Positions 50,991-64,000 of a stretch of DNA of 64,000 nucleotides are shown here, in pieces (within the stretch, counting starts at the first letter, position 1; each line of letters starts with the position of its first letter). A program made the position numbers and the translations under genes. Below the pieces are notes generated by a model. The model was given only the letters and a program-made list of their open reading frames with translations. It did not search any database and was not told the origin of the DNA. Source of the stretch: Podarcis vaucheri (lineage: Eukaryota); the NCBI GenBank assembly GCA_965113315.1, contig OZ220368.1, one strand, 5' to 3'.

Positions 50991-53900
50991 TATGCTTGTT
51001 TAATAAAGTGCCTTACACACATACCCAACCCCTGATACTTTCTCAAACCTAAGAAAAGCTTGACGCAGGATTGCAATAGCCACTGACCGACTGCCTTATA
51101 CGCTTTCCCAAGTAAAGGGGACCATGCCATTAAAAAGATAGGCGCATTTATGGCATGTCCCTGGCCTCCACAAGTTGAATAGACCTTTGGCTCTACTCAC
51201 AAGGGGCTCCACAATGTGACCAGGAGTCCCAATAACAGAGGAGTCAACACCATGAGTACAGCTGATTCCCCCTTCAAACCATCACTCAATGGGTGGAAGT
51301 TGGGTGTAAAGGTCACCAAGGGAGAACAATGAATAATGAAAAAAAGGTAATAGACCAGCGAATCATTATCAGCACCTTGACTTTCTTTCGAAGTTCTGAG
51401 CATTTGTGTATGTAAATTAGGGGGGGAAATATGCATGTTCCTATAATGACCTTATTTTAAAAGGAAACAGAAACTCTAAATTTGTGACGGTAGAAATCTA
51501 AGGCACACCCATCTGCAGAATAGTTCAGGCTATTGTTATGTTATCAAACAATCTGCCATTAGAGCTTTATATGAGGGTAATTTTTAATTCCCCACTGATG
51601 GTTCTTGCGGCAAGCTGAAACACACTGACTGAGCAGAGCATTCAGTCTACATTACACTCTTAGACTGCATTAACTTCCTAGCAGTAACTTGCTTTATAGG
51701 CTCAGTTCATCATGACCTATAAAATGTTAGACTGAAATGCTTTAAATATCTGCTAACACCATGTGCAGGCCTGGGAGTACAAGACAGTGTGCTATGAAGC
51801 GGCAAAGACAGTACTCTTCGGAGAAACTAGCACACACTCTTATGTCACTGATATAAACAGGGTAAGCATGTTAAATAATGGATAACACAGGCATGGTCTT
51901 TACGAGCAACTGGAAGTCTGGTCGGGTCTGGTTTAGTTTCCTTTCCATTCTCTTCAAACAGATTTTCAGGGGTGGGGATGTAAAGATCTTCCTCTACTTT
52001 GTGCCTATGAGGTTCTGCTTCATATTCGTAAGGGTCGTGTTCAAGTCTGGAGTTATTTAGGCTTTTTGAGTAATGATGACCAATTTATTAGGCAATTAGC
52101 TGCAACTTCATTAATGGAGGGAGAACAGATGCTCTCTTAACATCGGGCTATTGTTCTTCCCCTTGACCCTTAAGCTCTCACATTTCAGCAATTTCAGTAA
52201 TGCAAAAATGCCATTACAACAACTGATTAATTCAGGGCTGGGTAGGCTGGGCAAATACAAAAAGACCCTGTGAAGCACAATGGGAAAGGTGTCCCTTTCT
52301 CACACTCTGCTACAAAGGCCTAATGGAGCCAAAAATGTTAAGATGTTTAAAATTAAAACTTTGAGACAATTGTATGTGTGCCGCGGTAATTTTTTATCAA
52401 CACAATCTGAGAGATCAGTGACTGTGTTGCATCCAATTTGATAGATCACTTTGCATCAATCGTTTTCCCAAGGAGCATTTAATTTAATTTAATTTGTTAA
52501 CCCTTTTCTCTTTTCTTTTCTCTCTCCCACCCCCTTCTTTTGGTAAACAATGTTGCTGTGTGTTGCCTAATGCTTAGGTCTATAAACTCTACAAAATAAA
52601 ATTCCTTTGATGACTTAAAGGCCTCAGTATTTTCTTGTCCTTTTAATCTTTACAGGTTCTCATCTTCATGTCTGTTTTTTTTTAAGTGTCAGTCCTGTTT
52701 ACTACATGATATTCAACATATTTCCTCCAGAGCAATGAACCTTAACAGAAAGCTTTAAATTGCCTCACATAGGAAACCACATTACTATTAATTCCACAGC
52801 AACCGTATAATATATAAACTATTGCTTTGCAAACTCTAGAGCAATTAGACCTCTCGGCTATTTGACTAACTCTGCTTCATGATACCCAGTGCAGTTAATT
52901 ATATTTTTTGATGTTAATAGTCTCTGTCAGTTTCAAGCATAAATCCTCTTTGATGAATATTTAAATTATATTTGAATAAAAATAATCTTGGTTACATTTC
53001 CTATTCAACAGTCATCATAGCTTAATAAAGGTCTGCTCAGCAAAGGGCTGAGATAAATGGCTCCATGATCCCATGTACAGGAACCCTAAATCCACTTTAC
53101 ATCTGATTTAGCGGCTACAGTGACCAATAATGTAATATAATTAGTGATGTTGTTATGGTGAAAAAGAATGCTTTCGCATTATAAATAACGGCATTATTGT
53201 AAGCTTAGCGTATGCTCATTTAGTATATTAAGTGCAGCAGAACATAAATCAAGACAACCGATTTGAGCAGGACTGCTTGGAAGAGAGAAGGGTATATCTT
53301 GATAATGACATGGGCTGAAAGGAGCATGGCCTTTTAAAGTGTTAATTCTGCCTTTAAGATGTTAGTACCAAATTTCATTTTTTCCAAGCTGGGGGACGTG
53401 GAGATTTGCATTGGGCTAATATATTCTTTCAGGAGCCATGAGGCTTGGCACAGAACCTAACCTGCAACCCCAAGCATTTTTTTCCAAGAGTTCTTTTAAA
53501 TATATATTAAACCCAATGCTGATTCATACTATTCTTAGATGTGTGTCTGGCCACTTATTTTCAATCAAGGCAGATGTCCTTCATCAGCATGCATGCGGTC
53601 ATCTGAAGGTTCTGGCCTTGGCGGCAATTTACTACACTACATCTCAGCCTAAGGTTGGGTGGAAAATATATGGCCAGCAATACTCCTGAAGGCAATGTAA
53701 GTCAAAGCTTAAATCAATACTATCAGAATGCTACACGAGAGAAGCTCCATTAAAGGGCATTGCACCTTGCATGCATTGAGTTCTTACGGAAAAGAATCCG
53801 TCACTGCAACTGATGCCAACAGGAAAGTATTAATGGCATGATTTGCAAGGAATCTACAAGTCTATTTTATTATTTTCCTCCTCTTATTTATTGGTTTAAC

Positions 53901-56404
53901 TCTGGTTACATTATTTGAGATACAGCAGTAAAAGGCTGTTGAGATTTATTTTTCTTATTTACTCAATTACGCATCAGTTAAAAATTCAACAAAACCACAG
54001 CAGAAAACCACGCAATGGAAGCACGGATTAAAAACGTCCTCTGGCTTATTTTTTCTGTTCTTTGTTTCAGTGCAGTGTTATAGTGTGTTTTCCATTAAAC
54101 AATGAAGTGGCCCATCACTGGATTAATATTTATTTTAAAGTTTTTAAAAATTAAAACAAATTTAAATCTGGACTAAAAGAAAGCAAAGCTGCAAAGAAAC
54201 TCTGTTAAATACCCCCCCCCAAAAAAAATGACTGATATGATTTCTTGTACACTTTTCCCCCTGTCATGTGTCAATCATTCTGTGCCATCAAGACTGACAG
54301 TAATGAATCTGCATTCAGGTGGGAGATCATGTAGGATAGTTGCTAAGAGCTACAGATTATAAAAATAGTGAGTTTAGACAAACCGTTCTCAGTCTCAGTC
54401 CTAGCCTACCTTGCAGTTAAGGGAAAAAAGAATTCAATTATATTAACAAAACAAAAAAAAGAGGGTTATTCAACATGGTGAAATTCCAGTGTTTTAGACT
54501 TCAAATCACTTTAGCCCCAGCCAACATGGCCAGTAGTCAGGATTGAAAGGAATTCTAGTCTAAAACATCTGGCAGACACAGCTTGCTTCCTCTGGTAAGT
54601 GCTAAAAACTATTAAATATTGTTCAGGTAAATGTGCCACTTCAGTCAGCCCTAGGACCTTACATTTCTTTGCTTTGAGAACAAAATGAAATCACAAAATG
54701 TGGTCAGTGTTAAAAACTGACCTTAAATAAAAAGAACTCTGCAAACACTCATCTGACTACAAATTTACTTTTTGATATGAGTGTGTCGAAAGAATGCCCA
54801 TGTCTGTGAGCCTGCTTTGATGTGAGCTCTAAATAAAGGAATGTCTAAGAGGAGAGTGTCTGGCTCTGATAATCATGTACAGTAGAGGTTTGTCAAGCAT
54901 CTTTCAGACTCCTGCATTGAAAGCCAATGACATGCCAAAGGAAAATAAGGACCTGATATCTGAGCTCAGTCATTTACAATGACAGCTTTGATGCACATTC
55001 ATTCAGGCAATGCACTTGTCCAAATTGGTATCTGATATATGACCATCAATACAATCAGTTTGGGGGGCAGAGAAAGAGCAGCAAGTATCCGGAATACTGA
55101 GCGAAAGAGAAAAAAGGGGGGAGAAGTAGGCTGCAGTTGACTAGATGACACCTTTCACACAGAAGACCTTTCAGAAAATAGTAACTGCCACAAGCTGCAG
55201 AAGGAGCAGCAACTGGAGTCACATGAAAGCAGGAAAATGCCCACATCTAAACTTGGAAAAACTCTAACCCTAAAAGGCTTCATTCGCAGTAACACAGTGC
55301 CCTCTCTGGATGAGAAACCTGGCAATAAAGCAGTGAACGTTAAGGACATTTTAAACTCATGTTAAGACATACCATTTTAACACTGTATTGAAGTATATTT
55401 TTTAAAGAGGCATGTTCTAGATACTGTCACAAGGCATATAGAGTACGATTCTCCAAAATGATTTTCTGTAGGGTGCACTGTAATGCGATAATGTAGTGGG
55501 AAAACCATTTTCTCAAACCGGTTTAGGTTTTCTACCCATGCAGACCTGAGGCTTAAGGGGCCTAAAAAATTCAGGATGAGATTAATCAGATGAGATGGGT
55601 GATTTCCCTATCCAACTATCCAAGACCGTGAGCTCTAGTCAAAGAATTTCCTTTATTCATTATCGTTTGAAAGAAAAAGAGCCAGCCTTGTTTTCACTTG
55701 AAAGGAAGCTCATCTGATATTCCTGCACTACTACTTTCCCCCCCTTGCTCTGACAAGCAAGGGAATACATGCAATGCTCACAGGACAGGATCTGATCGGA
55801 AAGGTAATTTATTTTTGTTTTGCTTTTTTCAGCCATGTGTCACTCACTTTGACAAAAGGAATTAAAAACATCATTTGTCAGAAAGATACTTGAGTCCCAA
55901 AGAATATCTCCATTTCCTGTTGCTTTCTTCCCCGAAATAAATGGGCTTTTTCATCATTATACATTTAAGACAATAAAAAGAAAAGGAGATCTCAAATTAA
56001 AGGTCTAAGAATTTTGAAAGGCCTGCCCCTAACCTACAAATAGAAAGGTCAGGAGAGCAAAGCAAGTAAACATCTCTTGTATTAAGCTTTGACTTCATTC
56101 ACAGCTGTGTCCTGTGAAGGATAAATGAGTGGCAGAAATACGTTAAGGGGGCACTGCTGTTTGTTTGAGAATAAGGCATGGTGCGTCATCATTTACTAGC
56201 TGGGTACACCTAGTGAACTAGAATCAGTACACCAATGGAAATTATGCAGATTATTTCATTTCTTATGGAAGTGTTTTTAAATATACCCTTTGTATCTGGC
56301 TGGATAATATTTAAAGAGGTCTTTCTGTGCAAGTGAACTGATTTTGTGAATAGCCTACAGATGCACAAGCCCTCACAATATCAGCAGGTTTGGTGGCTTT
56401 TTAG

Positions 56405-56500
56405 TTAAAAGAGTAGACATGATAGAAGTTTATAAAACTATGCAAAGTGTGGAGACAGTGAGTAGAGAAAAGTCCCCCCCCCCTCTCATAATTCTAGAAT
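56405..56500 (+). mobile_element. CR1 LINE ORF2 C-terminal fragment
   Basis: Translates RVDMIEVYKTMQSVETVSREK, resembling the CR1 GDMIEVYKIM motif. Confidence 0.65.
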
Positions 56501-57601
56501 TTACTGAAAGAAGCTGACCACATAAACTAATCCAAAGCAGGAGTTTCTCAGTGAACTCATTTTTCTAAATCATTTCCAGTTTTTTGATTGCAGTGGACTT
56601 TATACCCTTCGTGGGAAAGTTTAGAAATGACCAGAATGACCAAAAACTTAATACACGCCATCAGTTTAATGACTGGTTGATTTCCAGAAATTTAAAATGA
56701 AGTGTAAATTATTCAAATGCAATACTGTTTTCAACTTCTTCTTTTTTTAAAGACCTATGTGGATTTTTGTGTGTGCGTGTGGTGGTGGGAAACAATAAAA
56801 GATTTAACATACTGAAAATTGCATTGAAGCAAACGGATGGACAGAGTTTTAAGAAATATTTCCATAGTGGTTACAGAAACTGACCACTCTATGGTCAATT
56901 TACCAAAATAAGTAAATAAATGTTAAAACATGTTTCTAATCTGTTCCCCATGTTGAGAGAGGGAGAAAAAGTGGGGTGGCTTTTGGTCTGTCAGATGCCA
57001 TCCCAGCCCATTTCAAGCACTGTAAATTCTGATAAAGGTTTATCATTTTCAACAGAGGTTATAAGAGTGGCTACTCCCCACCCAAAAAAGTTCCAAGTAT
57101 AATTAGGTTTCTTTTTCACCTATTATGTAGGTGGGCTGGTTATTAATTTATTTATTGCATTAAGATTGCAATCCTGTGCTCACTTACCTGAAATTCTATG
57201 GCACTTCCTTCTGAGTAAATCTGCATAGGCATGTGCTGTTTAATTAGCATGAATATTTAGAAACTTCTTAAGCAGGTTCTCAGAAAACTTCTGAGTGAGA
57301 TTCTGACCTCCCAGAAGACAAGGATATAGCAACATTTCAAACAGATTAAAATGCTTCCGTCTCCTTGCAGTCACCTTCCTGCTCTCTTGTTTTTTTATAG
57401 AGAAAAAACTTAAACCAGAAGATTCTCAAACACTTGCTAGTGGCTCTATTTCCTTAGCTTTTCTAGATTAAAATGACTGGGGTATTTGAATATTTTTTCC
57501 AGGATTTGGAGGTGTTTTTTTGGGGGGGGGCGCTGTGGGGAGAGACTTGTATTGCAACTTTCTTATATGGATTCCTTTTCCGTAGTGATCACTGCTCTTA
57601 C

Positions 57602-57815
57602 CTTTGTGTCATAATCTTGTAGGCATCAGGGAGGAAACATTCTGTGTTCTCCATCTGGAAAGGGTCAGCATCACAAATCTTGTCATCTGTCCGTCCATAA
57701 TTAGCACTCTCTATCATAATGACATCACTTCCTGGACACCGAAGATCGATGGAGTAGCCCTCGCAGGACAGTTCTCTCCTTACTAAACCAAATGGTAATG
57801 CTGCTCGACTGAAAC
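57602..57815 (-). CDS. ADGRL2: ADGRL2 exon, rhamnose-binding lectin domain N-part (214 nt)
   Basis: Not in the ORF track. Minus strand tttttag|GTTTCAGTCGAGCA...ACACAAAG|gtaaga encodes (G)[70 protein letters not shown](R). Confidence 0.97.
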
Positions 57816-58814
57816 CTAAAAAGAAATGGAAAAAAAAAAAGACGTTAAGTTACAAAGCTATATATTTGGGGGTGGGGATTAAACTCTTAAGAGCCACAGC
57901 ACACGTAATCATGGGGAAACTGTTCTAATTGTGACTATCATGGAAATGGTTATTATCCAATGTAGGATGCATTAATGCATGTTTCATACTAAATATGGAA
58001 GACATAGCATGGAGAAAATAAACATCTTGTTCACACCATTCCCAAGTCATGCTTAAAAGTAGCAAATGTTCAGAACACATTACCCTACAAATAAACACAT
58101 GGTCGGAGCTCATGATGATTATTTTTTTAAGTTATAAACTTCAGAGTGTACAGGAAATGGCCAAGAGAAAACAGGGCCTTTCTCAACCCTACACAAGTCA
58201 AAACTCTGCAAGGACGATGAATGGAATTTTCACATTAAAGTGTGGATTGGCGGCTGAGTGGCTGGGTCACATTCTGGACAGCAGGTTTACAACCATGCTT
58301 ACAGCCATGAACCATGCTTAACTAGCTGTACTTTGTGTTCTACGGCTGCCACAATTAAATTAAATTAATTATTTCTAGCAGATGTTTATGATTGGCTTTC
58401 TCTGTCCCTGGGACTGGGTCAACCGTTGGACTGACTTTATTTTAAAGTTGTGCGCTGAGCAATAAGTCCCTATTTATTTTCCCTGTTCTCCTCCCCCCCC
58501 TTGCAAGCCACTGAACTTAAAACAGCCTGCAATGTTTATATAGCAAGCCCTCACACAGCTTTCCTTACCCCCTGACTCAAAGTAACAGAGGGGCAGGGCA
58601 CCTACCTGTGAAAAAAACAATAAAAAGTAACAGGCTTAATAAACTCTGAAACCTAAAACCAGTGTGGATTTTAATCCTACTCCAGTTTCCTCCCTCCCCC
58701 TTTCTGCTCTTTTCATCTTGGGATTCCTTGTGCCTGTATTGTGCACTTTCACATCAATTTCTTCCCTTTGAAAATAATAGTGTTCCTCTGAAAATTATTG
58801 CCGATTTCATTAAG

Positions 58815-59073
58815 ACAACAACAAGAAGAGGAGTTTGGATTTGATATCCCACTTTAGCACTCCCCTTCAGGAGTCTCAAAGCGGTTAACATTCTCTTTTC
58901 CCTTCCTCCCCCACAACAAACACTCTGTGAGGTGAGTGGGGCTGAGAGACTTCAAAGAAGTGTGACTGGCCCAAGGTCACCCAGCAGCTGCATGTGGAGG
59001 AGAGGAGATGTGAACCCGGTTCACCAGATTACAAGTCTATCGCTCTTAACCACTACACCACACTGGCTCTCCC
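58815..59073 (-). mobile_element. MIR/Ther1-derived SINE (Squam3-like)
   Basis: Highly similar to 32611-32866; head GGGAGAGCCAGTGTGGTGTAGTGG. Confidence 0.85.
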
Positions 59074-59396
59074 TCCTGCCCCCCCAGTCAAAAGAAGTTG
59101 TGATCATTCATTTAGCTGCCTGATGTAACTTTCAATACCTATCCTGTCCAGCTACATTTTGACTCTGCATAACCAGTTCTGCCTCCTTCAAATGTGAGGG
59201 GCTCCACCCTCCTCTGACACTTGGTTGGTTCACACATCAAGCTAAGCGAAAAATGAGGAAAGGTGGACTCACATACTAAATCCAAATGGGAAGGTTCAAC
59301 AGTGATAGGGCTCCAAAATACTTGTGCCAGTCAGGACTCTCAGTAGTAGGCTAGGTAGATTCAGCTTAAAATAGAAGGAGTCATCTCCCCCACCCT

Positions 59397-59401
<5 letters not shown>

Positions 59402-59437
<36 letters not shown>
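59402..59437 (+). repeat. (CT)n microsatellite
   Basis: Read directly. Confidence 0.92.
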
Positions 59438-59439
<2 letters not shown>

Positions 59440-60395
59440 GCTAGGAAGCAACAATCCAATCCAATGCACATCTACTCAGAAGGAAGCCCCTCTGAGTACT
59501 ACTTCTGAGCAGACATGCACAGGGCTGCTCTCAAGATTGATTCAGCTAAGGCTTTTAAGATACCCACATGAAGGCCGTGCTTTAAACACTGTGTGACAGT
59601 ACAATGGATAAATACATTCAGCGCAGTACACAGCAGGTTCACATCAGAGCCAAAAAAAAGCTGAGAGTAAGAGGATAGCTCTTTACGGATGTACGCATTA
59701 TGCATTTCTGTAGCACTTTCTTATACGCGAAAAGATATGGAAATCCCTTCCTTATACAATCCTCGCCAACAACCCTGTGAGGGGAATTCGACTGAGAGGC
59801 TCTGTGTCATCCCCCCACACACCTCAAAAAAAGCCACTTAATGTGCTTTGTAGCTCAGCCTAGATTGGAATCCTATCCTACATTAAAACCCACACACCAT
59901 TTATTGTGCTGCATACATTCTTTTCATGAGATATACCAGAAACTGGGGGGGAAAGAAATTTTCTCCAAGGAGTGGCAGCATCTGAACAGGAACTGTGTAA
60001 CTGAGTATTTCTAGAACTGGGAGAAAAGAGGCCAAACCAAATTCAGAATGCAGTGGTGCATCATTTGATGTCTGGGTACGTGATGGTGGTGTGGTTTAGG
60101 AGAAGTAACCATCATCATAATTAGAAACCAAATGTTCACATGTTTTTGCTCAAAGGTCTGTTGTTATCAGTTCAACTCTTGAATGAAAACTGCAGGAACA
60201 GAGGCAGCTGAAGGGGATCCAGGACAGATCATCCAACCACCTTCTGATGACATCACTCTACATAATATTGCCAGTTTGCATATGCATGGCCCATAGGTAC
60301 AATAGACGGCTTTTTTGTTCTTGCATAGAATCTAGATGTTCTCTAACATCTTGCAGCCTGTCTCTCTGACCAACCCCTCTTGATGTCATTCATCT

Positions 60396-60544
60396 ATAGC
60401 TCAGTTGGTTAGAGGCTGGTGCGGATGATGCCAAGGTTGCAGGTTCGATCCCCATATGGGAGGGCTGCATATTCCTGCATTGCAGGGGATTGGACTAGAT
60501 GATCCTCAGGGTCCCTTCCAACTTTACAGTCATTTGATTCTATG
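60396..60544 (+). mobile_element. tRNA-derived SINE with CR1-type 3' tail
   Basis: TAGCTCAGTTGGTTAGAG (A box), GGTTCGATCCC (B box), GGACTAGATGATCCTCAGGGTCCCTTCCAAC...GATTCTATG tail. Confidence 0.8.
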
Positions 60545-60649
60545 TCATTTGTTGATCTGTTGCAGCATCAGTCTGGTGTCGTGGTCCTCTCTGATTTTAT
60601 TAGTTAAGTGCTCTGATGAAAATGCTTAGTATTTGTGCAGTGCTTTGAG

Positions 60650-60905
60650 GGTTCAAGTTTGAATCCCCGCAACAGGGAGAGCTCTCGTCGCTCGGTTCCT
60701 GCTCCTGCCAACCTAGCAGTTCGAAAGCATGTCAAAGTGCAAGTAGATAATGGCGTTTTCGTGCGATGCTCTGGTTCACCAGAAGCGGCTTAGTCATGCT
60801 GGCCACATGACCTGGAAGCTGTACTCCCTCGGCCAATAAAGCGAGATGAGCGCCACAACCCCAGAGTCGGTCATGACTGGACCTAATGGTCAGGGAGTCC
60901 CTTTC
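60650..60905 (+). mobile_element. Sauria/Squam1-type SINE, truncated
   Basis: CCTGCCAACCTAGCAGTTCGAAAGC and GCTGGCCACATGACC shared with the other copies. Confidence 0.85.
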
Positions 60906-61167
60906 TCTTTGAGTGTTCAAAGCAACCCACATGACTTATCTAGTTGAAATCTTTTCAGTAACCCAGTAAGGTAGCTATTATTATTCCACATATTGCAGTT
61001 GGGCATACGGAGGCTGAGGAAGGGTAGCTTGCTTAAGGCTACCTAGTGAATTCATGGCAGAAGTATGAGTCTCGATTCATAATTGGTTTCAGCCACTATA
61101 CTGCCCCGGTTTCATGAAGGCTTTTTGACAAAATTGCTGGGAATCAAGGATCTACTTGTGGCTTTAT

Positions 61168-61303
61168 CAGGCTTCCTCAAACTCAGCCCTCCAGATGTTT
61201 GTGGCCTACAACTCCCATGATCTCTAGCCAACAGGACCAGTGGTCAGGGATGATGGGAATTGTAGTCTTAAAACATCTGGAGGGCCAAGTTTGAGGAAGC
61301 CTG
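61168..61303. mobile_element. hAT-type palindromic MITE (136 bp)
   Basis: Highly similar to 16060-16195; degenerate 8-bp TSD GGCTTTAT/GTCTTTGT. Decayed relatives near 46975-47050, 54485-54575, 61360-61450 and 63190-63285. Confidence 0.88.
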
Positions 61304-63411
61304 GTCTTTGTGAAGCAGACTTCCAAGATCAAGGAGGAAATCTGCTAAATTTAGTTATTGTTGAACTCAGATTTCCATCAGCCTGAAACAGCTGCTGCAT
61401 TAAAAATGATCAGGGATGATGGGAGCTGTCGCCCAACAACATCTGGAAGCAACCTCTTTGGCTACCCTTGAGCACATCTAATTGGTGAAACTCAATCAGC
61501 AGTTTTGGAATCTCTCAAAGAAAACAAGTCAAGTGCCTTTGCTACTGGCAAAAAATAAAAAAATACAAACTAATATTTTTTAAGAGCAGAAAGTATATTT
61601 TTGAATTCCATATCCATGAAGGACAGAATTACAGTGTGAATCAGGGGTTAGATAGTTCTGTCATCCAAATTTCTCCTATACTTTCCCAATAGTTTGGGAG
61701 AGGTTGTATAAAACAATATTGTTCCTACATTCCAAGGTTAATTCAAGATAAAACAGATGATAGATAAAGAGTTAACTATAGTTTTGTCCATTTTTAGCAA
61801 CCAGCCACCTTCAGTTTAAATATCATTATTATTTATTAAATTTCTATACTGCCCTTCATCCAAGGATCACGGGTGGTTTAAAATATAAAAACACACAAAA
61901 ATACTCAACATAGTTTTTGCCTGGTGCAATACATTCCAAATGTCCTGTGCCAAGCCTTAATAGAAAATAAAAATCATAGAAGCTGAAATAGATAAAATGG
62001 AAAAAGGGCACACCAGTAAAAACAGTAAGTAGATCTAGTTTGCTTATGAAAAGCTGGAAACGAATTTGGAAACACACCAATTAGTTCACTGGTTTACTCA
62101 GGCGCAGAATACAGCAACGTAGGCATTTTGGATGCAGTGAACATGGGTGTAAAAGATGGAGCGGGAAGGGCAGGTACAGTTCTACTCTTTAACCTACATT
62201 GCAGTCTGTGTTCTATATCTGGGTAGTTCAAATATAGAAAATAGTAAGGTTCAGGTCTGGTCAATTCCCTAGTAAGAGGCAGCTCCTTCCCTGCCTTCCT
62301 GCCTTTTCTGTGTCACATTTTGGAAAGAGATGAATTATGTGGAATGATGCAGTGTGTACAGCAGCAGAAGCAATCCCTCTATAAAATCTTCACCATGTCA
62401 TCACCATCATTAACATATGCAAAAAGGAACTGCTTATAAACAAAAGGTCTTCCAGCAAGCACCGTGATCCTTATATTTTAGTCTCCTTTTCCACACACAC
62501 CCTTTACCGATAAAGGCAAAAATAAGCATTTCTAGAAGCAAAGTGTAATTCAATCCATCTTGCAACCCTGACAATAATAAAAATAAAAAAAGAACTGGTG
62601 GGAGGCCCTGTGAGCAAAAAAATCAATATTGCAGCTTTGTGCCGTGCAAATGTGAATACTGCCAAATAGCAGTGCTTAGGGTAAAATGAACTGCTCCGCT
62701 CCATTTTGTCCTCTCTGAACAAATGATTTTGAAAAGACAGCTTTTGGGGAGGGGAGGGGGAGCTATAAAATGTCAAGCAACAACTCCCTGTGCTTTAGGA
62801 AAGCGCTTGGAATAAATACTTCCCGGCAACAGGTGCAGTGAAAGAGGACTGAAATATATTCACATGCAGGAGATAACTCCTGGTAAACAGATGTGTTGCT
62901 TCACAACAGAAAGCCCAGTGCCTAGCTGCCAGTCCTAGTAACTGTACAATTTCAAATCCCTTCAGATGCTCAGCCAATACTTTTGGCCACCAAACCACTT
63001 TCTAGATGTATCACCAGCCGTTAATATTTTGAACACTCTGTTTATTATTATTGAGATCATGTATGTCAAGTGCGCTGAACACACCCAATGACACATACAT
63101 CATCTTTAGACTGCAGAGCAAAAGAAAACAGGTGTTTCTAATGTTTTTAACCAATTGTTTGGAAACTAGATACCGAAGGTACACTGATCAAGTTGGGTCT
63201 CCAGCTGTTTTTGGACTGCAATTCCTATCCTCCCTGATCACTGGTCCTGCTAGCTACGGATGATGGGAGTTGTAGCCCAACAGGTCCTGGTCCAGGACAA
63301 TCAGATATGACTTCTAGAACAGCTGAACATTGTCAAGTAAGATCCTGTTCCATGGCAGAATATGCTGCCATTGATTATATATTTATTTTGTGTATTATAT
63401 ATACTGTCACT

Positions 63412-63417
<6 letters not shown>

Positions 63418-63459
<42 letters not shown>
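63418..63459 (+). repeat. (AC)n microsatellite
   Basis: Read directly. Confidence 0.92.
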
Positions 63460-63462
<3 letters not shown>

Positions 63463-64000
63463 AATTCTATTTCTATGTGTTAAAACTGAAATAAAACTTA
63501 ATGAGAAAAAGAAATAGTGAGCATTCAACATATAATGTTCTCTTGCATGCTTTTTTAAAATGTTGCAGACCCTACACTTCGTTCAATAAAATAAATCAGC
63601 TTTTTCACTCCCAACCCCCCAGCTCATTCTCTGAATTGCCGAAAACCTCCATAAAAAGACACTGATGGTGGATTATTACTTTGTGCTCCAGATAAACTTT
63701 TCTGCACAGCTCGTTTTTATTTAATAAGAGCACGTCCACCGAGGAAGGAAAAGGCGGCTAAGATAAACTGCTTTCCCACAGTAGACTTAAAATGAGCTTC
63801 ATGATCAGTTAAAATTGTTCTCGGAGGTTTAGCAAAATGGCATGCTTTGTTCCATTTACCATCCCTCTTTGCTTTAGGTAACTAAATGGCTTGGTTCTCG
63901 GAAAATCAATAATCTACATTAATCAAAGCACAAAGGCGATAATAACAGCTTATGCCCTCAACCATTTAAACTGTGAATAGCAACAATAGGACCTGTAGTG

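Larger units (their letters stand above)
662..57815 (-). other. ADGRL2: Partial ADGRL2 (latrophilin-2) gene body: 13 coding exons; the gene extends beyond both window ends
   Basis: Exons splice in frame with GT-AG boundaries (2660 nt). The translation follows the latrophilin order RBL-OLF-HormR-GAIN-GPS-7TM. Peptides such as [44 protein letters not shown] and [20 protein letters not shown] fit paralog 2. Confidence 0.96.

Noticed and set aside
32639-59123. Near-identical ORF peptides (GAERLQRSVTGPRSPSSCMW) at 32.6 and 58.9 kb suggesting a duplicated gene
   Set aside because: Both are translations of the same SINE family.
60396-60470. tRNA gene-like A/B boxes (also at 11073, 30020-30075 and 4840-4910)
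   Set aside because: They continue into SINE bodies or LINE-derived tails and lack an intact cloverleaf; they are SINE heads.
57816-64000. Search for the ADGRL2 start/signal-peptide exon
   Set aside because: No convincing Met plus hydrophobic exon with a phase-1 donor was found; it is probably upstream of the window.

Overview
Eukaryotic genomic DNA, probably from a lacertid-type lizard (inferred from Sauria/Squam1-type and MIR-derived Squam3-type SINEs). The whole window lies inside one minus-strand gene, ADGRL2 (latrophilin-2/LPHN2, an adhesion GPCR). I traced 13 coding exons (2660 nt, all GT-AG, phases consistent) from 57815 down to 662. They encode the rhamnose-binding lectin, the KVEQK microexon, olfactomedin, the Ser/Thr linker and HormR, GAIN (with a 39-nt cassette), GPS/Stachel and TM1-TM2. 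The signal-peptide exon and TM3-TM7/C-tail lie outside the window. The introns hold SINEs, Tc1/mariner- and hAT-type MITEs, L1/L2/CR1 remnants and microsatellites; most short ORFs in the track are noise. I found no convincing new multi-gene system. The best leads are: (i) a TSD-flanked Penelope-like insertion forming a perfect 94-bp inverted repeat with a minimal hammerhead ribozyme motif on each strand (9717-9971); (ii) a splicing/regulatory hot spot between lectin and olfactomedin (tandem-acceptor microexon, a second candidate microexon, an RFX X-box and a CpG-rich patch); (iii) a candidate 67-nt frameshifting cassette exon (16432-16498). Repeat family names come from pattern recognition, not database searches.
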